Positions 16,134 to 25,313 of a stretch of 42,094 nucleotides of DNA are shown here, piece after piece. The notes under the pieces are model-generated. The model saw nothing but the letters and a program-made list of their open reading frames with translations, was not told the origin of the DNA and did not search any database. Position numbers and translations under genes: made by a program. Origin of the DNA: a virus (taxonomy: Duplodnaviria > Caudoviricetes); IMG/VR virus record IMGVR_UViG_3300033067_001544, positions 1 to 42,094 of that record, one strand, 5' to 3'. Within the stretch, counting starts at the first letter, position 1; the number at the start of each line of letters is the position of its first letter.

Positions 16134-16480
16134 AGAGAAGAAACCCATCAATAATCAGCCAGATAGCATCGGCGATGCGCCCTATATTAGCCGGGAAGAT
16201 TGAAGTGTATTCGGTTGGCTATCGAAAGGGGTCTAGTGGATATACGAATCCGCAAGGTGTTCATTTCAATGCGTTCCCGGCCCCTGACGGAACGATGATT
16301 GAGTTGTACAAACGCCGATCTGTGCGTTGTCCATCTCATCACGTCGGCAAGGATTATGCCCCATACAGTGGCCGAGGATATTCGGTCCCGCTTACTGTTT
16401 GCCAGAAATGCGAGAACAGAATCCCGGGAGGGTGTTGCATTCTTCTCCGAGATTCGGCGCGGAATAAGGGCATATCATGA
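16130..16480 (+). CDS. Hypothetical Cys-rich protein
   Basis: 116 aa, GGAGG RBS, CQKC..CC. Confidence 0.6.
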   Translation: MKRRNPSIISQIASAMRPILAGKIEVYSVGYRKGSSGYTNPQGVHFNAFPAPDGTMIELYKRRSVRCPSHHVGKDYAPYSGRGYSVPLTVCQKCENRIPGGCCILLRDSARNKGIS

Positions 16481-16755
16481 CAAGACGAGAAGATTTGATG
16501 AGGTCGGTCCGTCAATGCAACAATAGCCTGTCGGCTACGGCTGAGGTTGACGCATCCGGTCGCTTGGCTATTCGGTGCCGATATTGCGACCGCTTGCGCT
16601 TTGTGCTCGACGGGATGTATCGGTGCTTCGACTGTGGAGCGTGGATTTGCCTTTACTGTGTGCCGGGGCATTTCGGGAACCAGCATGAACCACACCCATT
16701 GCATCTGCATGAATATGAATCCGCCATTGAGAAGCTGAAAGGAGAACAACAATGA
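16477..16755 (+). CDS. Zn-finger protein
   Basis: CRYC...CFDC...CLYC..HF. Confidence 0.65.
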   Translation: MTRREDLMRSVRQCNNSLSATAEVDASGRLAIRCRYCDRLRFVLDGMYRCFDCGAWICLYCVPGHFGNQHEPHPLHLHEYESAIEKLKGEQQ

Positions 16756-17027
16756 TAACCGTCCTTCAGGTCGTCCGCCACTGGGCTTTCGATTACGACT
16801 ACTCAAAGATTTATTTGATTCCGTGCGGAAATCGGCCCGATCTTGGAATCAGGTTCTTTGGCGTCACAGCGAATGAACCCGACCCCGTGGTCATCAACAA
16901 ACGGACGTGGGGATGGCCGGACATCACCGAGCGGGACGCGACCCAGTTCACCGGAATAGACGAGCGTTTTGATAAGATCCTTGCCGAGTTGCAAAAGATC
17001 GCGATCGCGAGGAAGTATGGCGTCTAG
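16752..17027 (+). CDS. Hypothetical protein
   Basis: 91 aa, AGGAG RBS. Confidence 0.6.
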   Translation: MITVLQVVRHWAFDYDYSKIYLIPCGNRPDLGIRFFGVTANEPDPVVINKRTWGWPDITERDATQFTGIDERFDKILAELQKIAIARKYGV

Positions 17028-17802
17028 CCCGGTCGGGATCGTTTCACTCGGCGCCGGCGTGCAATCGTCGGCGCTCTTGCTTTTGGCCATCGAGGGCCGG
17101 TTCGGAGACGTGCCGGCCGCGGCCGTGTTCGCCGACACTCAAGGCGAGCCGGCCCATGTTTACGAGTGGCTCGCTTTCCTCGAGGAGCTCGTCGCGCCGT
17201 TCCCAATTCACCGATGCACGGCCGGGAATCTCGGCGAGGATTACGCACGCGGCCGGCGCCGGGCGGCGATACCTGCCTACTCGAGAACGGCCGAGGGGAA
17301 ACCGATGCTCATGAGCCGGTTTTGCTCCAAGTCGTACAAAGTCGAGGCGATCTATCGGAAGGTTCGCGAGCTCGTCGGCAAGGGCGGCCGCGCGGAGAGC
17401 TGGATTGGCATTTCGATCGACGAGGCCCAACGCATGAAGCCAACCGGCAAGAAGTGGATAGCGAACCGATGGCCGCTCATCGAGGCCAACCTCTCGCGGG
17501 TCGACTGCCTCCGCATCGTCGAGGAGCGAACCGGCCGGCGGCCGCCTAAGTCGGCGTGCCTGTTTTGCCCGTTCCATGGCGACGCGCAATGGCTCGACTT
17601 GAAACGGAACCATCCCGAAGACTTCGCCAAGGCCGTCGAGTTCGATGCGAGGATCCGCGATATTGGCGGCGACAAGTGGGACCGCGAGCGTTTCTTGCAT
17701 CGGTCGCTCCGTCCTCTCGATCAGGTGAAGTTCATGCACGAAGATCAAGCCGAGTTGTTCGATCAATTCGGAAACGAATGCGAGGGGATATGCGGCGTAT
17801 AG
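17017..17802 (+). CDS. PAPS-reductase-like (PP-loop, Fe-S) protein
   Basis: SLGAGVQSS, FADTQGE, RFCSKSYK, WIGISIDE..R, KSACLFCPFH, C-terminal ECEGICGV. Confidence 0.8.
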   Translation: MASSPVGIVSLGAGVQSSALLLLAIEGRFGDVPAAAVFADTQGEPAHVYEWLAFLEELVAPFPIHRCTAGNLGEDYARGRRRAAIPAYSRTAEGKPMLMSRFCSKSYKVEAIYRKVRELVGKGGRAESWIGISIDEAQRMKPTGKKWIANRWPLIEANLSRVDCLRIVEERTGRRPPKSACLFCPFHGDAQWLDLKRNHPEDFAKAVEFDARIRDIGGDKWDRERFLHRSLRPLDQVKFMHEDQAELFDQFGNECEGICGV

Positions 17803-17807
17803 GCGAC

Positions 17808-18284
17808 ATGGCCAGTGTGCCGGCGCTCGAGCGCCAACCGGGAATCGAGGGGCTCGCCGAGGGCGATTGGTTCACTCCCGACAAGCTATTTCGCGAGCTC
17901 GAGGAGCGTTATGGGCCGTTCGACTTGGACGCGGCCGCGACTCCAGCGAACACAAAATGCCGGCGTTTCTTTACCGAGGCCGACAATGCGCTCGAGCAAC
18001 CTTGGTTCGGCCGGGTCTGGTGCAACCCTCCACACGGCCGGGACGTGAATGCGGCCTGGTGCCGAAAGGCGATCGAGGAAACCGCGGCCGGCCGTGTTGA
18101 GCTGGTTTGCTTGCTGATGCCGGCGTCGACGGCCGCGCACTGGTTTCACGAGCTGGTTTTGCCGATCGCCGACGAGCTCATATTGGCGACTTGCAACGCC
18201 AAAAGGCTGACATTGAAAGGCAGATCGAATGGACGATTCAGAACCTTCGGAAGAACTGCCCGCATGAGGACACAACGCAAGTGA
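17808..18284 (+). pseudogene. Phage Dam-type N6-adenine methyltransferase, apparently degenerate
   Basis: WFTP...FDLDAAA...NTKC..FFT..DNAL...VWCNPPHG (family has NPPY). Resemblance stops after LPIADELI, where a different frame takes over. Confidence 0.6.
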
Positions 18285-18355
18285 CGAGCCTAATCCCTGG
18301 CATACGGTGCAACGTGTGCGGGCTCTTCAACACGGGGAAAGGATGGAACGAATGA
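18175..18355 (+). pseudogene. 3' remnant of a Cys-containing hypothetical gene
   Basis: Frame reading HIGDLQRQKADIERQIEW...CPH...CNVCG ends with an ATGA overlap; no good start of its own. Confidence 0.4.
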
Positions 18356-18403
18356 GCAACATAAAAAGGCAGATCGAGTGGGCAACGGTTCAGGTCGAAA
18401 AGG

Positions 18404-18739
18404 ATGGCAACGGTACGCGAGATTGATCGCGGCCATAACGGCGTAAAAGCCCGTTATCAACGCATCGACAATGGGAATCTCACGACCGCCGATGATCCTG
18501 AGCGCGGTGTATGGTATGGCATTGAGGGGTGTGGATTCTGGACCGATGACTGGTTATCTCTTCACGCTCTTGGTGAATGGCGTATTCCCTGTTGCCCGTA
18601 TTGCGGCACACCTGGATTCCAAACCACGAGACGTGAATGGGATGAAGGGGTCAAGCGGTACACGTTGGATGGCCACCCTGATTACCCGGAAGTCATTGCG
18701 GCGTCGTTCGAGAAGTGCAAGAAGAGCGCGCAATTGTGA
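18404..18739 (+). CDS. Hypothetical protein with CPYC motif
   Basis: 111 aa; CGFWTDDW...IPCCPYCG. Confidence 0.6.
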   Translation: MATVREIDRGHNGVKARYQRIDNGNLTTADDPERGVWYGIEGCGFWTDDWLSLHALGEWRIPCCPYCGTPGFQTTRREWDEGVKRYTLDGHPDYPEVIAASFEKCKKSAQL

Positions 18740-18948
18740 AGAAAGGCTACATGGTGACGACGCTCGAAACGTGCCCAAACGCCAAGAATCACACGAAGGC
18801 ACCCGAGGGGTATCTCGATTGGCACGCATGGGCCGAACAAAAGTCCAAAACACACACTACGGTTCAGTGCCCGGATTGCGGCAAATACGCCATTTGGGTG
18901 AAGAAACCAAAGCCATGCCTTCTAAGTATTTGCAAGCCCGTGATTTGA
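18736..18948 (+). CDS. Small Zn-ribbon protein
   Basis: CPN..NHT..PEGYLDWHAWAE...QCPDCG; GTGA overlap. Confidence 0.6.
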   Translation: MKKGYMVTTLETCPNAKNHTKAPEGYLDWHAWAEQKSKTHTTVQCPDCGKYAIWVKKPKPCLLSICKPVI

Positions 18949-18989
18949 ACCTAACATGTAGACAGATTTACGCCGTAGAAAGGCGTAGA
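18930..18989 (+). promoter_or_regulatory. Candidate internal promoter followed by leader hairpin
   Basis: TTGCAA(18930)-16 bp-TAACAT(18952); hairpin TTTACGCC-GTAGAAA-GGCGTAGA. Confidence 0.4.
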
Positions 18990-19003
18990 AACGCAGATGG
19001 AGT

Positions 19004-19561
19004 ATGTCAGGGAGTATGTCAAAAATGGACGAGCGAATATCCTCATTGTTAGGCAAACTGCGGGAGTGCGACGACGACCCGCGCCATCTCATTTGGGCGT
19101 ACATCTCAGACGCCTACGAGGACGGTGACTGCACTACTGCACTTCGATTGATGGTCGCGGTTCAACTTGCCCACCAGCACGGATGGGCGGCGCGGCTCGC
19201 CCGTGACTTCGATTCCTGCCCTTACCCTGCGTTCGACGGAGCGCCGATGGTGGGTAACGATTACCTGCGCATCGCGTGGATGGGTGGATACAACGACTGC
19301 GACTGCAAGAAGCGGTGCGAACAAGCCGAGCGGCACATTTACAACGCCTATAAGGAACTTGGCGATATGCGCGACTTCGTGGACGCCAGAACCGACGCAG
19401 GGATAAGCACCCGTGAGATGTTCAATCAGAAGCTGAGGAACATCCACGGCACGATTCTGACGGCGGCGGTCAAGCAACGCGTGATCGAAGAAGAGAAGGA
19501 AGCCCGCGAACTTCAGATGATCCTCATCGAAGAGCAAAAGAAAGGACGACGAGGCGGGTAA
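19004..19561 (+). CDS. Hypothetical protein
   Basis: 185 aa, GGAG RBS (alternative start 19016). Confidence 0.7.
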   Translation: MSGSMSKMDERISSLLGKLRECDDDPRHLIWAYISDAYEDGDCTTALRLMVAVQLAHQHGWAARLARDFDSCPYPAFDGAPMVGNDYLRIAWMGGYNDCDCKKRCEQAERHIYNAYKELGDMRDFVDARTDAGISTREMFNQKLRNIHGTILTAAVKQRVIEEEKEARELQMILIEEQKKGRRGG

Positions 19562-19656
19562 CAAAAAATCGTGCAGGTGATTTGTTGCCGGCGGGCGAAT
19601 CTCTATTTCATGAAGACTCTATTTGCGGGCGACTGGCTCGTCGTCGTCTGAGGCAC

Positions 19657-19688
19657 AAAAAAAGAGCCCCCACCGGTGGGGGTGAGGG
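19657..19688 (-). terminator. Rho-independent terminator ending the late operon
   Basis: Minus strand CCCTCACC-cccacc-GGTGGGGG-CTC-TTTTTTT. Confidence 0.7.
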
Positions 19689-19689
19689 A

Positions 19690-19722
19690 TTGACCTTGGG
19701 AAACGTGGCGTATAATGCGGCC
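19690..19722 (+). promoter_or_regulatory. Promoter for small membrane gene (leaderless)
   Basis: TTGACC-15 bp-TATAAT(19711-19716) then ATG 6 nt later; TGGCGTATAATGC identical to the 8.26 kb promoter. Confidence 0.6.
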
Positions 19723-19869
19723 ATGAGCGAGCAGGCGAAGAATAGATTTTGGACAGTGGTGGCGCTTCTCCTGGTTACCTTTATGGTCTGGGGCACACTC
19801 GACCAGCGAGCGCACCCTGAACATTACCGGAATGAGGGGAAAGAGTCCAGAACTGGGCAACGAAGTTAG
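19723..19869 (+). CDS. Small single-TM membrane protein (48 aa), moron-like
   Basis: MSEQAKNRFWTVVALLLVTFMVWGTLDQRAHPEHYRNEGKESRTGQRS; own promoter; stop overlaps stop of the ejection gene. Confidence 0.65.
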   Translation: MSEQAKNRFWTVVALLLVTFMVWGTLDQRAHPEHYRNEGKESRTGQRS

Positions 19870-22800
19870 TTTTTCGCTCCGGCCCGTGATTCTTGGCCTT
19901 CGGTGTCTTTTGTCTTCCTGTATGCACTGACCCCGACACCGTGCGCGGATGCGGCCAACGCTAGCACTTTTGCCCACCACGGAGCATTTGTTTTTGAACT
20001 TGCAATGTCAGTTGCATCCTGCCAAAAGAGCGGGATCAAGGACCGCTCAATGGTTTGCAGTTCCGTTGTCTTTTGCCCGACAGCATCCTCGTTGGTCGCA
20101 AGCGAGATCGCCGTATTGACATTCGGACTCGACTTGTACCGGAAGAATCTAAACATATCTAGCGTCATCTCATAGCTGCCGTACGGGGTCTTGGGCTGGC
20201 CCTCTTTTTCGCCTTTTGAATACACTTGAGGGGGGCCGAACTTGTTTTGATAAGTGCCGACGGCTACCTTTGCCAATAGTCGCGCTGGTTGCTGGAACCC
20301 TGCCCAAACATCAAAATGCAAGTCTCCGATTTTGATTTTTCCGAAATCTGGATCATCAGGGTTTAGCGAGACTTCTGCTCCTGCCATTTTGGCTGAGATA
20401 AGAGTGACAACGCCTGCCGTGACAAATCCACCCCATGACCGAGCTGCAAGTTTGGTTACCGGAGACTTGAGCCCGAACTTATACACGTAATACGGGAGCA
20501 TCGCGGGAGCCTTAATTCGGGACGCGATCATTTTAGGTGAGAAAAACGCTGCACCTAGGATCTGGTCTGCGGTGCCCCCTGCGCTCTTATATCCTACTCC
20601 TGTGGCAACGTTTATGAAGTCCCCGAGTGCTTTCAACTCCTCGGGGCTCATGTTAGGGAACGCTTGGAACCACGAATCCGCCACGTTCTTTCGGAGCGTG
20701 TTAATAAACACCTTGTAATGCCTCTCAGACACCCCGTGCACCTGTTTTAAGCCTGGTAGCAGGGTAATCCTTGCCTCTGGGAATGATTCGCTCGTGCCTT
20801 GGAACATGGGCGATAATCCCTCCATGTTGTCAAAGTGAACTCCCATCTTTTTGTAGACAGTCGCCATTTCACCCTCAGAAATAGCCTTGCCTAGCCGGTA
20901 TACGTGAATCTTTGAGCCAGCGGCAATGGTCGCTTCTTTGACAGCATTTGCCCACGCACCTGGATTCCCAGCGCCCAAAAGCGCACCTTGGCGCAATGGG
21001 GCCGAGAAGTCACCCGTAGCTTGGATTGCTTTTGACGTGCCGTTAAGTTCCTGTAGCACCTTAGCCGCATTGGTTTGTTTTGCCATTGCGACCCGCGTGT
21101 TTATTTGACGCTTTAGTGCATCTCGGTTCATGCGAGCAACTTCTATGTCCTTTTCTAGCTTTGGCGTCTTCTTCGGCGCTGCTTCCCTGAACTCGCCCGT
21201 TTTGAGTTGGTTCTGCAGGTCCGCAATCTCGCCCGCGATCTTCTGGCGGGCACCCGTGGACGAGCGCCGCGCTTCGGCTTTCAGTGTCGATATGTTCTTT
21301 GCGATCTCGGACCGAGTAGCCGTGTGCTGCTTCTCGGCGATGGCGTCAATGACTTCTTGCCGCGTGAGGGTGGGGAAGTGCTCGATGACCTTTGCTACAA
21401 CCTCTTCCAGCGTGTTGATACCGCGCTTGGCGTAGTTAACGGCCACTTTCGCCGCGATCGGCAGGAGTTCGGCTTTGTCAGTGCCGGAACCCACGCGGGT
21501 AAGAATCTGCTTCCCTTGTTTGAGAAGGTCGTCCAGTTCCGCGTCCAGTGCGGCTTTGTCGAACCGTGCCCCGCGTTGCTTCTTTACCGTGGCTTCGGCT
21601 TGGGCGGCGGATCGGTCGGCGAGTTGCTTCTCCAGCTCGGTAATGCGACCTGTAGCAGCTTCGTGCGCCGCCGTGAGGTCTTGCAGTTGCTTCTGCACCT
21701 TGGCAGGAACATCCTTGCCCCCGTTCACGCGCCGGTATTCGGCCAGCACCTCGTCATAGTTGCCTGTGTTGAGGTCGGTGCCTTCCTGGAGCGAGCGCCC
21801 CACGTCGGACCACTTGCCCTTACCGGCTTGGACCTTCTGCAGATAGTCCTGTAGATCGGATTGCGCTTTTTCGTAGTCGGCGGCGAGCGTTGATGTGTCC
21901 CCGCCTTCCTTGATGGCGTTATCGAGCGCCTTACGCTTGGCGGCGATGTCGTTCAGCTTCTGGCGCTTGCCTTCCATGAGCGCGCCGACTTCGGACTCGT
22001 TGGAGAATGTGCGCTTCCCGGTAGCGATCTCGGAAGCGAGGGTATCGGGGTTGACTTCTCCCGCCTGTACCTGCCGCTTGCCTTCGGCTTGGCCGGTGCC
22101 TTTCTTGACCCCTTGCGCCCGTGGTGATTCGGTGATGGTGCCCTTTTCGGCTTCCGCGTCCTGCACCACGTTTGCGAGCCCGGTGGACTCTTTGGGCTTG
22201 GGGGTTGTGGGTTCGGTGGGCGCGGGATTAGTCTCAGGCTTAATTATGGAAGCCGCTTGAACAGGATTTTGATCTTTGGGCGTGATGTTGTACCGTTTCT
22301 CTAAGTCACGGGCAGCATTCTCAATGTTGATTCCGCCCCAATCTTTCTGGTTGGAAGCGCGAAGTAGATCGATTGCATCTTGAGGATCAACTAAGCCTTT
22401 GTCGGTCGCGCCGACTAAATGCTCAAACAACCCACCGGACGATGCGTCCATTCCGGATCTTTCTCGCAATGCCCCTATGACGTACTGGCGGATATTGCCT
22501 CCGCTATCATAAGGCACGTCACGCATTCCACGAACAAAGCCGATCACTCGTTGAATGTCATTTGGTTCGCTATATTCGCTCCTGTTCCAAATGCGAACAG
22601 CCCTAGTATGAATATCGCGCCAGAGTTCTCCAAACGCTTTCCCGCCATCGCCGTTATCCCAGCCGCGCTGGGCATGAGCTTGTTGCGTCTGTTCTTCAAC
22701 CTGATCTCTGATTGCGTTTGCCTTTGGCTTCACGCCCTCCGCCGCTACCGGGGCCTGGCCTGAACCCTCTGGCACAGGCGGCACCTCGGCAGGCTTCACG

Positions 22801-23861
22801 GCGTCCGGCACTTGCGAGGGGGGCTCTACCGTGGGAGTTGTCAAGGATTGCTTGACAACTGGGGCTTCTACCGTGGGCTTAGGCTCCAAGATGGAGCGTG
22901 GTTCGATCTTTGAACCGATACCTTCTGCACCCTTTACCGCCTTACCCGCAATGCCGCGCTCTGCCGCCGACGCGCCGCGCTCAAGGATGCTTCCCGCACC
23001 TTCTACGGCCTTCCCTAGCGTGCTCAGAACGGTCTTGCCGATCGGCCCTACAACGTCATGCAGAGGGACGCCGAGAATCAGCGCTAAGTTGGTAGCCGCC
23101 CCTAGCTTCTGGCCGGGGGTCGTGTCCGCACCCACCATGCCCGTTTCCGCGAGTGCCTGAGGGATGAGCCCCGCGATCATGTCCCGAACCATCGGATTGG
23201 CCGACGGGTCGAAGTGCTGACGGATCGCCGTAATCAGGGGAGTCTTGGGGATGACGGAATCAAGATCGTCAAGCGCCTGCCGAAACTTGTCCGTCATGTG
23301 GCCCTGAGCCTGATTGATGAGTTCCGCGTCCGACTTGCCGGGGTTCATGGCCCGTGAGTCGGGATCGTTGGCACCAAAAGAACCCTGGAAGCTACGCAGG
23401 ATAGATAGGGATTCGTCCACTGGGGGCTTGTCGGGCACCGCGCCGGGGTCCTTGATGCGTGGATCGTAGGGGTTGACAGGCAGGCCCTTACCGCCGCCGA
23501 TGAGGCCAAGCTTCGTGGACACCTTCGGCGGGACGTTCTTGGTGGGGATGCCACCGCCTGCCTTACGCACTGTGTCCGCGAGAGTGGGTTGCGGCTTGGT
23601 CACGAGGCCAAACGCATTGCCCGTTTGTGGCGGATGTACGGCGCGTTGAGGTGCCTTCACCGTGCGGGACGTGTTTGCACCCGCCGACGCGCTTGCGGTA
23701 GCTCCAGCGAAGGGAGACGCGGCGGGCTTGGTGGGAGCCAATGTCGATTCATATTGGCGCGATGCTTCCTCAATTTCAGCGGGAGTAGGCGGAGTATTCC
23801 CCCCGAAGGTGAGGGTGTACTTGCGCCCTTTGCTTTCAACGTCAACGTCATAACCTGGCAT
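19866..23861 (-). CDS. Large internal virion / DNA ejection protein
   Basis: 1331 aa, last late gene, Pro/Ala-rich N-terminus, helical core, hydrophobic C-terminal segments; podovirus synteny. Confidence 0.7.
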   Translation of the reverse strand: MPGYDVDVESKGRKYTLTFGGNTPPTPAEIEEASRQYESTLAPTKPAASPFAGATASASAGANTSRTVKAPQRAVHPPQTGNAFGLVTKPQPTLADTVRKAGGGIPTKNVPPKVSTKLGLIGGGKGLPVNPYDPRIKDPGAVPDKPPVDESLSILRSFQGSFGANDPDSRAMNPGKSDAELINQAQGHMTDKFRQALDDLDSVIPKTPLITAIRQHFDPSANPMVRDMIAGLIPQALAETGMVGADTTPGQKLGAATNLALILGVPLHDVVGPIGKTVLSTLGKAVEGAGSILERGASAAERGIAGKAVKGAEGIGSKIEPRSILEPKPTVEAPVVKQSLTTPTVEPPSQVPDAVKPAEVPPVPEGSGQAPVAAEGVKPKANAIRDQVEEQTQQAHAQRGWDNGDGGKAFGELWRDIHTRAVRIWNRSEYSEPNDIQRVIGFVRGMRDVPYDSGGNIRQYVIGALRERSGMDASSGGLFEHLVGATDKGLVDPQDAIDLLRASNQKDWGGINIENAARDLEKRYNITPKDQNPVQAASIIKPETNPAPTEPTTPKPKESTGLANVVQDAEAEKGTITESPRAQGVKKGTGQAEGKRQVQAGEVNPDTLASEIATGKRTFSNESEVGALMEGKRQKLNDIAAKRKALDNAIKEGGDTSTLAADYEKAQSDLQDYLQKVQAGKGKWSDVGRSLQEGTDLNTGNYDEVLAEYRRVNGGKDVPAKVQKQLQDLTAAHEAATGRITELEKQLADRSAAQAEATVKKQRGARFDKAALDAELDDLLKQGKQILTRVGSGTDKAELLPIAAKVAVNYAKRGINTLEEVVAKVIEHFPTLTRQEVIDAIAEKQHTATRSEIAKNISTLKAEARRSSTGARQKIAGEIADLQNQLKTGEFREAAPKKTPKLEKDIEVARMNRDALKRQINTRVAMAKQTNAAKVLQELNGTSKAIQATGDFSAPLRQGALLGAGNPGAWANAVKEATIAAGSKIHVYRLGKAISEGEMATVYKKMGVHFDNMEGLSPMFQGTSESFPEARITLLPGLKQVHGVSERHYKVFINTLRKNVADSWFQAFPNMSPEELKALGDFINVATGVGYKSAGGTADQILGAAFFSPKMIASRIKAPAMLPYYVYKFGLKSPVTKLAARSWGGFVTAGVVTLISAKMAGAEVSLNPDDPDFGKIKIGDLHFDVWAGFQQPARLLAKVAVGTYQNKFGPPQVYSKGEKEGQPKTPYGSYEMTLDMFRFFRYKSSPNVNTAISLATNEDAVGQKTTELQTIERSLIPLFWQDATDIASSKTNAPWWAKVLALAASAHGVGVSAYRKTKDTEGQESRAGAKN

Positions 23862-25309
23862 TAGTGGGGTTTCACCGTAAACTTGCGTCCCGTTTTCGTT
23901 TGGCCTGAGAATGATTTGGATTTCGTCTGTGGCTTCGTGGTGCCGCCTTTGCGTGTTGGTGGTGCAAACCCCGCCGCTGCCTTCGCTCCCATGAATGTTG
24001 CCTTGGTTCCGGACGGAGTAATGTCTCCCACTGCAAAGGGCACATTCCCGGCGGCGGCATCCGCATCGCTGACTGCGCCCACGTTTGACAAAGATCCAGT
24101 GATGCTGTCCATGCGCCCCTGAATCCGACTGATGTCGTCGGTGATAGCCTTGAGCCGTGCGGCATATCCTGAGCGGGATTCCACGTTGGAATCGTCGGTA
24201 GGGTCCAGCTTATCTAGCTCCTCACGAACTTTCTTTTGTGCTTCCAGTTGCGATTTGAGTTGATCCTGCAAACTATCGAGGCGGGGCTTGTTAACCGCCG
24301 TCCAGTCTGACAATCGGTTGTCGTGCTGGTTGTTGTCAAAGGCGTGCTGCATTGCCAACTCCGCAATGCCAATACGGGCGAGCGTGGACTGAAGGTATTC
24401 AGGGTACAGCCTGGTCTTCTCGTCAAGCCATTTCACCTGAGCGTCATTGAGGTTGACCTTGCCTTGGAACATCCGAGGGGCATACTGGTTCGCGATCTGC
24501 TGATACGCAACCTTTGCCTTTCCTAGATCGGTTTTCACGCCCTTGGTGTATTCCGCATCGGCGTTTGACTTATTGGCGGCGGCAATCTGGCTTAGATTCT
24601 TAGGAGAGTTCGCGATAGCGGCTTCATACCGGGCCTGGTCTCCGGGCCAAATCTCCTGAGCAGCCATACCACGGATGTTCGGGTCATCGCTGTTGAGAGC
24701 CTTGTATTGAAGCGCCGTCATCTTCCCAGACGCGCTCATGCGCGCAATGTCCATCTTCAACTGGGCTTCGCGAGCCCATTGCGCGTCGCTCCGCTGTTGA
24801 TTGGCGACATCCGCTTCTGCTTTGTCCTGCCGCGCCAAGTCCTGCGCCGCATAGCCCGCCCTCGCGTTCTCGATGTCGGCTTGCGCTCCTAACTGGCCCA
24901 CTTTGTATTTGTACAGTCGGTCAGCGTTCTGGGCGGCTTCCTGTGCCTGTTGCTGACGCGCTCCAATGAAACCCTGAACTCCCGCGTTAAGGTCGTTGTT
25001 CTTCGCCCCTAGCGCCTTGCCGATCAGAAGCCCCACAAGTAGGCCCTTGGCGTCGCCGGGGTTGAGCATCGGCTGAGTTTGCGTGGGCATCATGTTCGCC
25101 TGCTGATTCATAGCATCAAGCGCTGCGTTCTGGTGCTGTTTGATGATCGCAAGCAAAGGGTTGTCCGGCACCGGTGCAACGCTCGGCATCATGGGCGGGG
25201 TCGGCGTGGTATCCGCAAATCCCGGAGTGCCAATCGTGCCAACGGGCGACTTGGTGCCTGCCATTTGCAGGAACTTGAAAAGCGTCGGGCTGAATCCAGG
25301 TGTTGACAT
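23861..25309 (-). CDS. Internal virion / ejection protein (coiled coil)
   Basis: 482 aa from MSTPGF with GAGG RBS; Gln/Ala-rich helical; GLLVGLLIG hydrophobic patch. Confidence 0.7.
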   Translation of the reverse strand: MSTPGFSPTLFKFLQMAGTKSPVGTIGTPGFADTTPTPPMMPSVAPVPDNPLLAIIKQHQNAALDAMNQQANMMPTQTQPMLNPGDAKGLLVGLLIGKALGAKNNDLNAGVQGFIGARQQQAQEAAQNADRLYKYKVGQLGAQADIENARAGYAAQDLARQDKAEADVANQQRSDAQWAREAQLKMDIARMSASGKMTALQYKALNSDDPNIRGMAAQEIWPGDQARYEAAIANSPKNLSQIAAANKSNADAEYTKGVKTDLGKAKVAYQQIANQYAPRMFQGKVNLNDAQVKWLDEKTRLYPEYLQSTLARIGIAELAMQHAFDNNQHDNRLSDWTAVNKPRLDSLQDQLKSQLEAQKKVREELDKLDPTDDSNVESRSGYAARLKAITDDISRIQGRMDSITGSLSNVGAVSDADAAAGNVPFAVGDITPSGTKATFMGAKAAAGFAPPTRKGGTTKPQTKSKSFSGQTKTGRKFTVKPH

Positions 25310-25313
25310 AGCG

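Noticed and set aside
19562-19656. Short direct repeats (CTCTATTT, GCGGGCGA) as a possible attP
   Set aside because: No integrase in the genome and no tRNA-like core; repeats too short to call.
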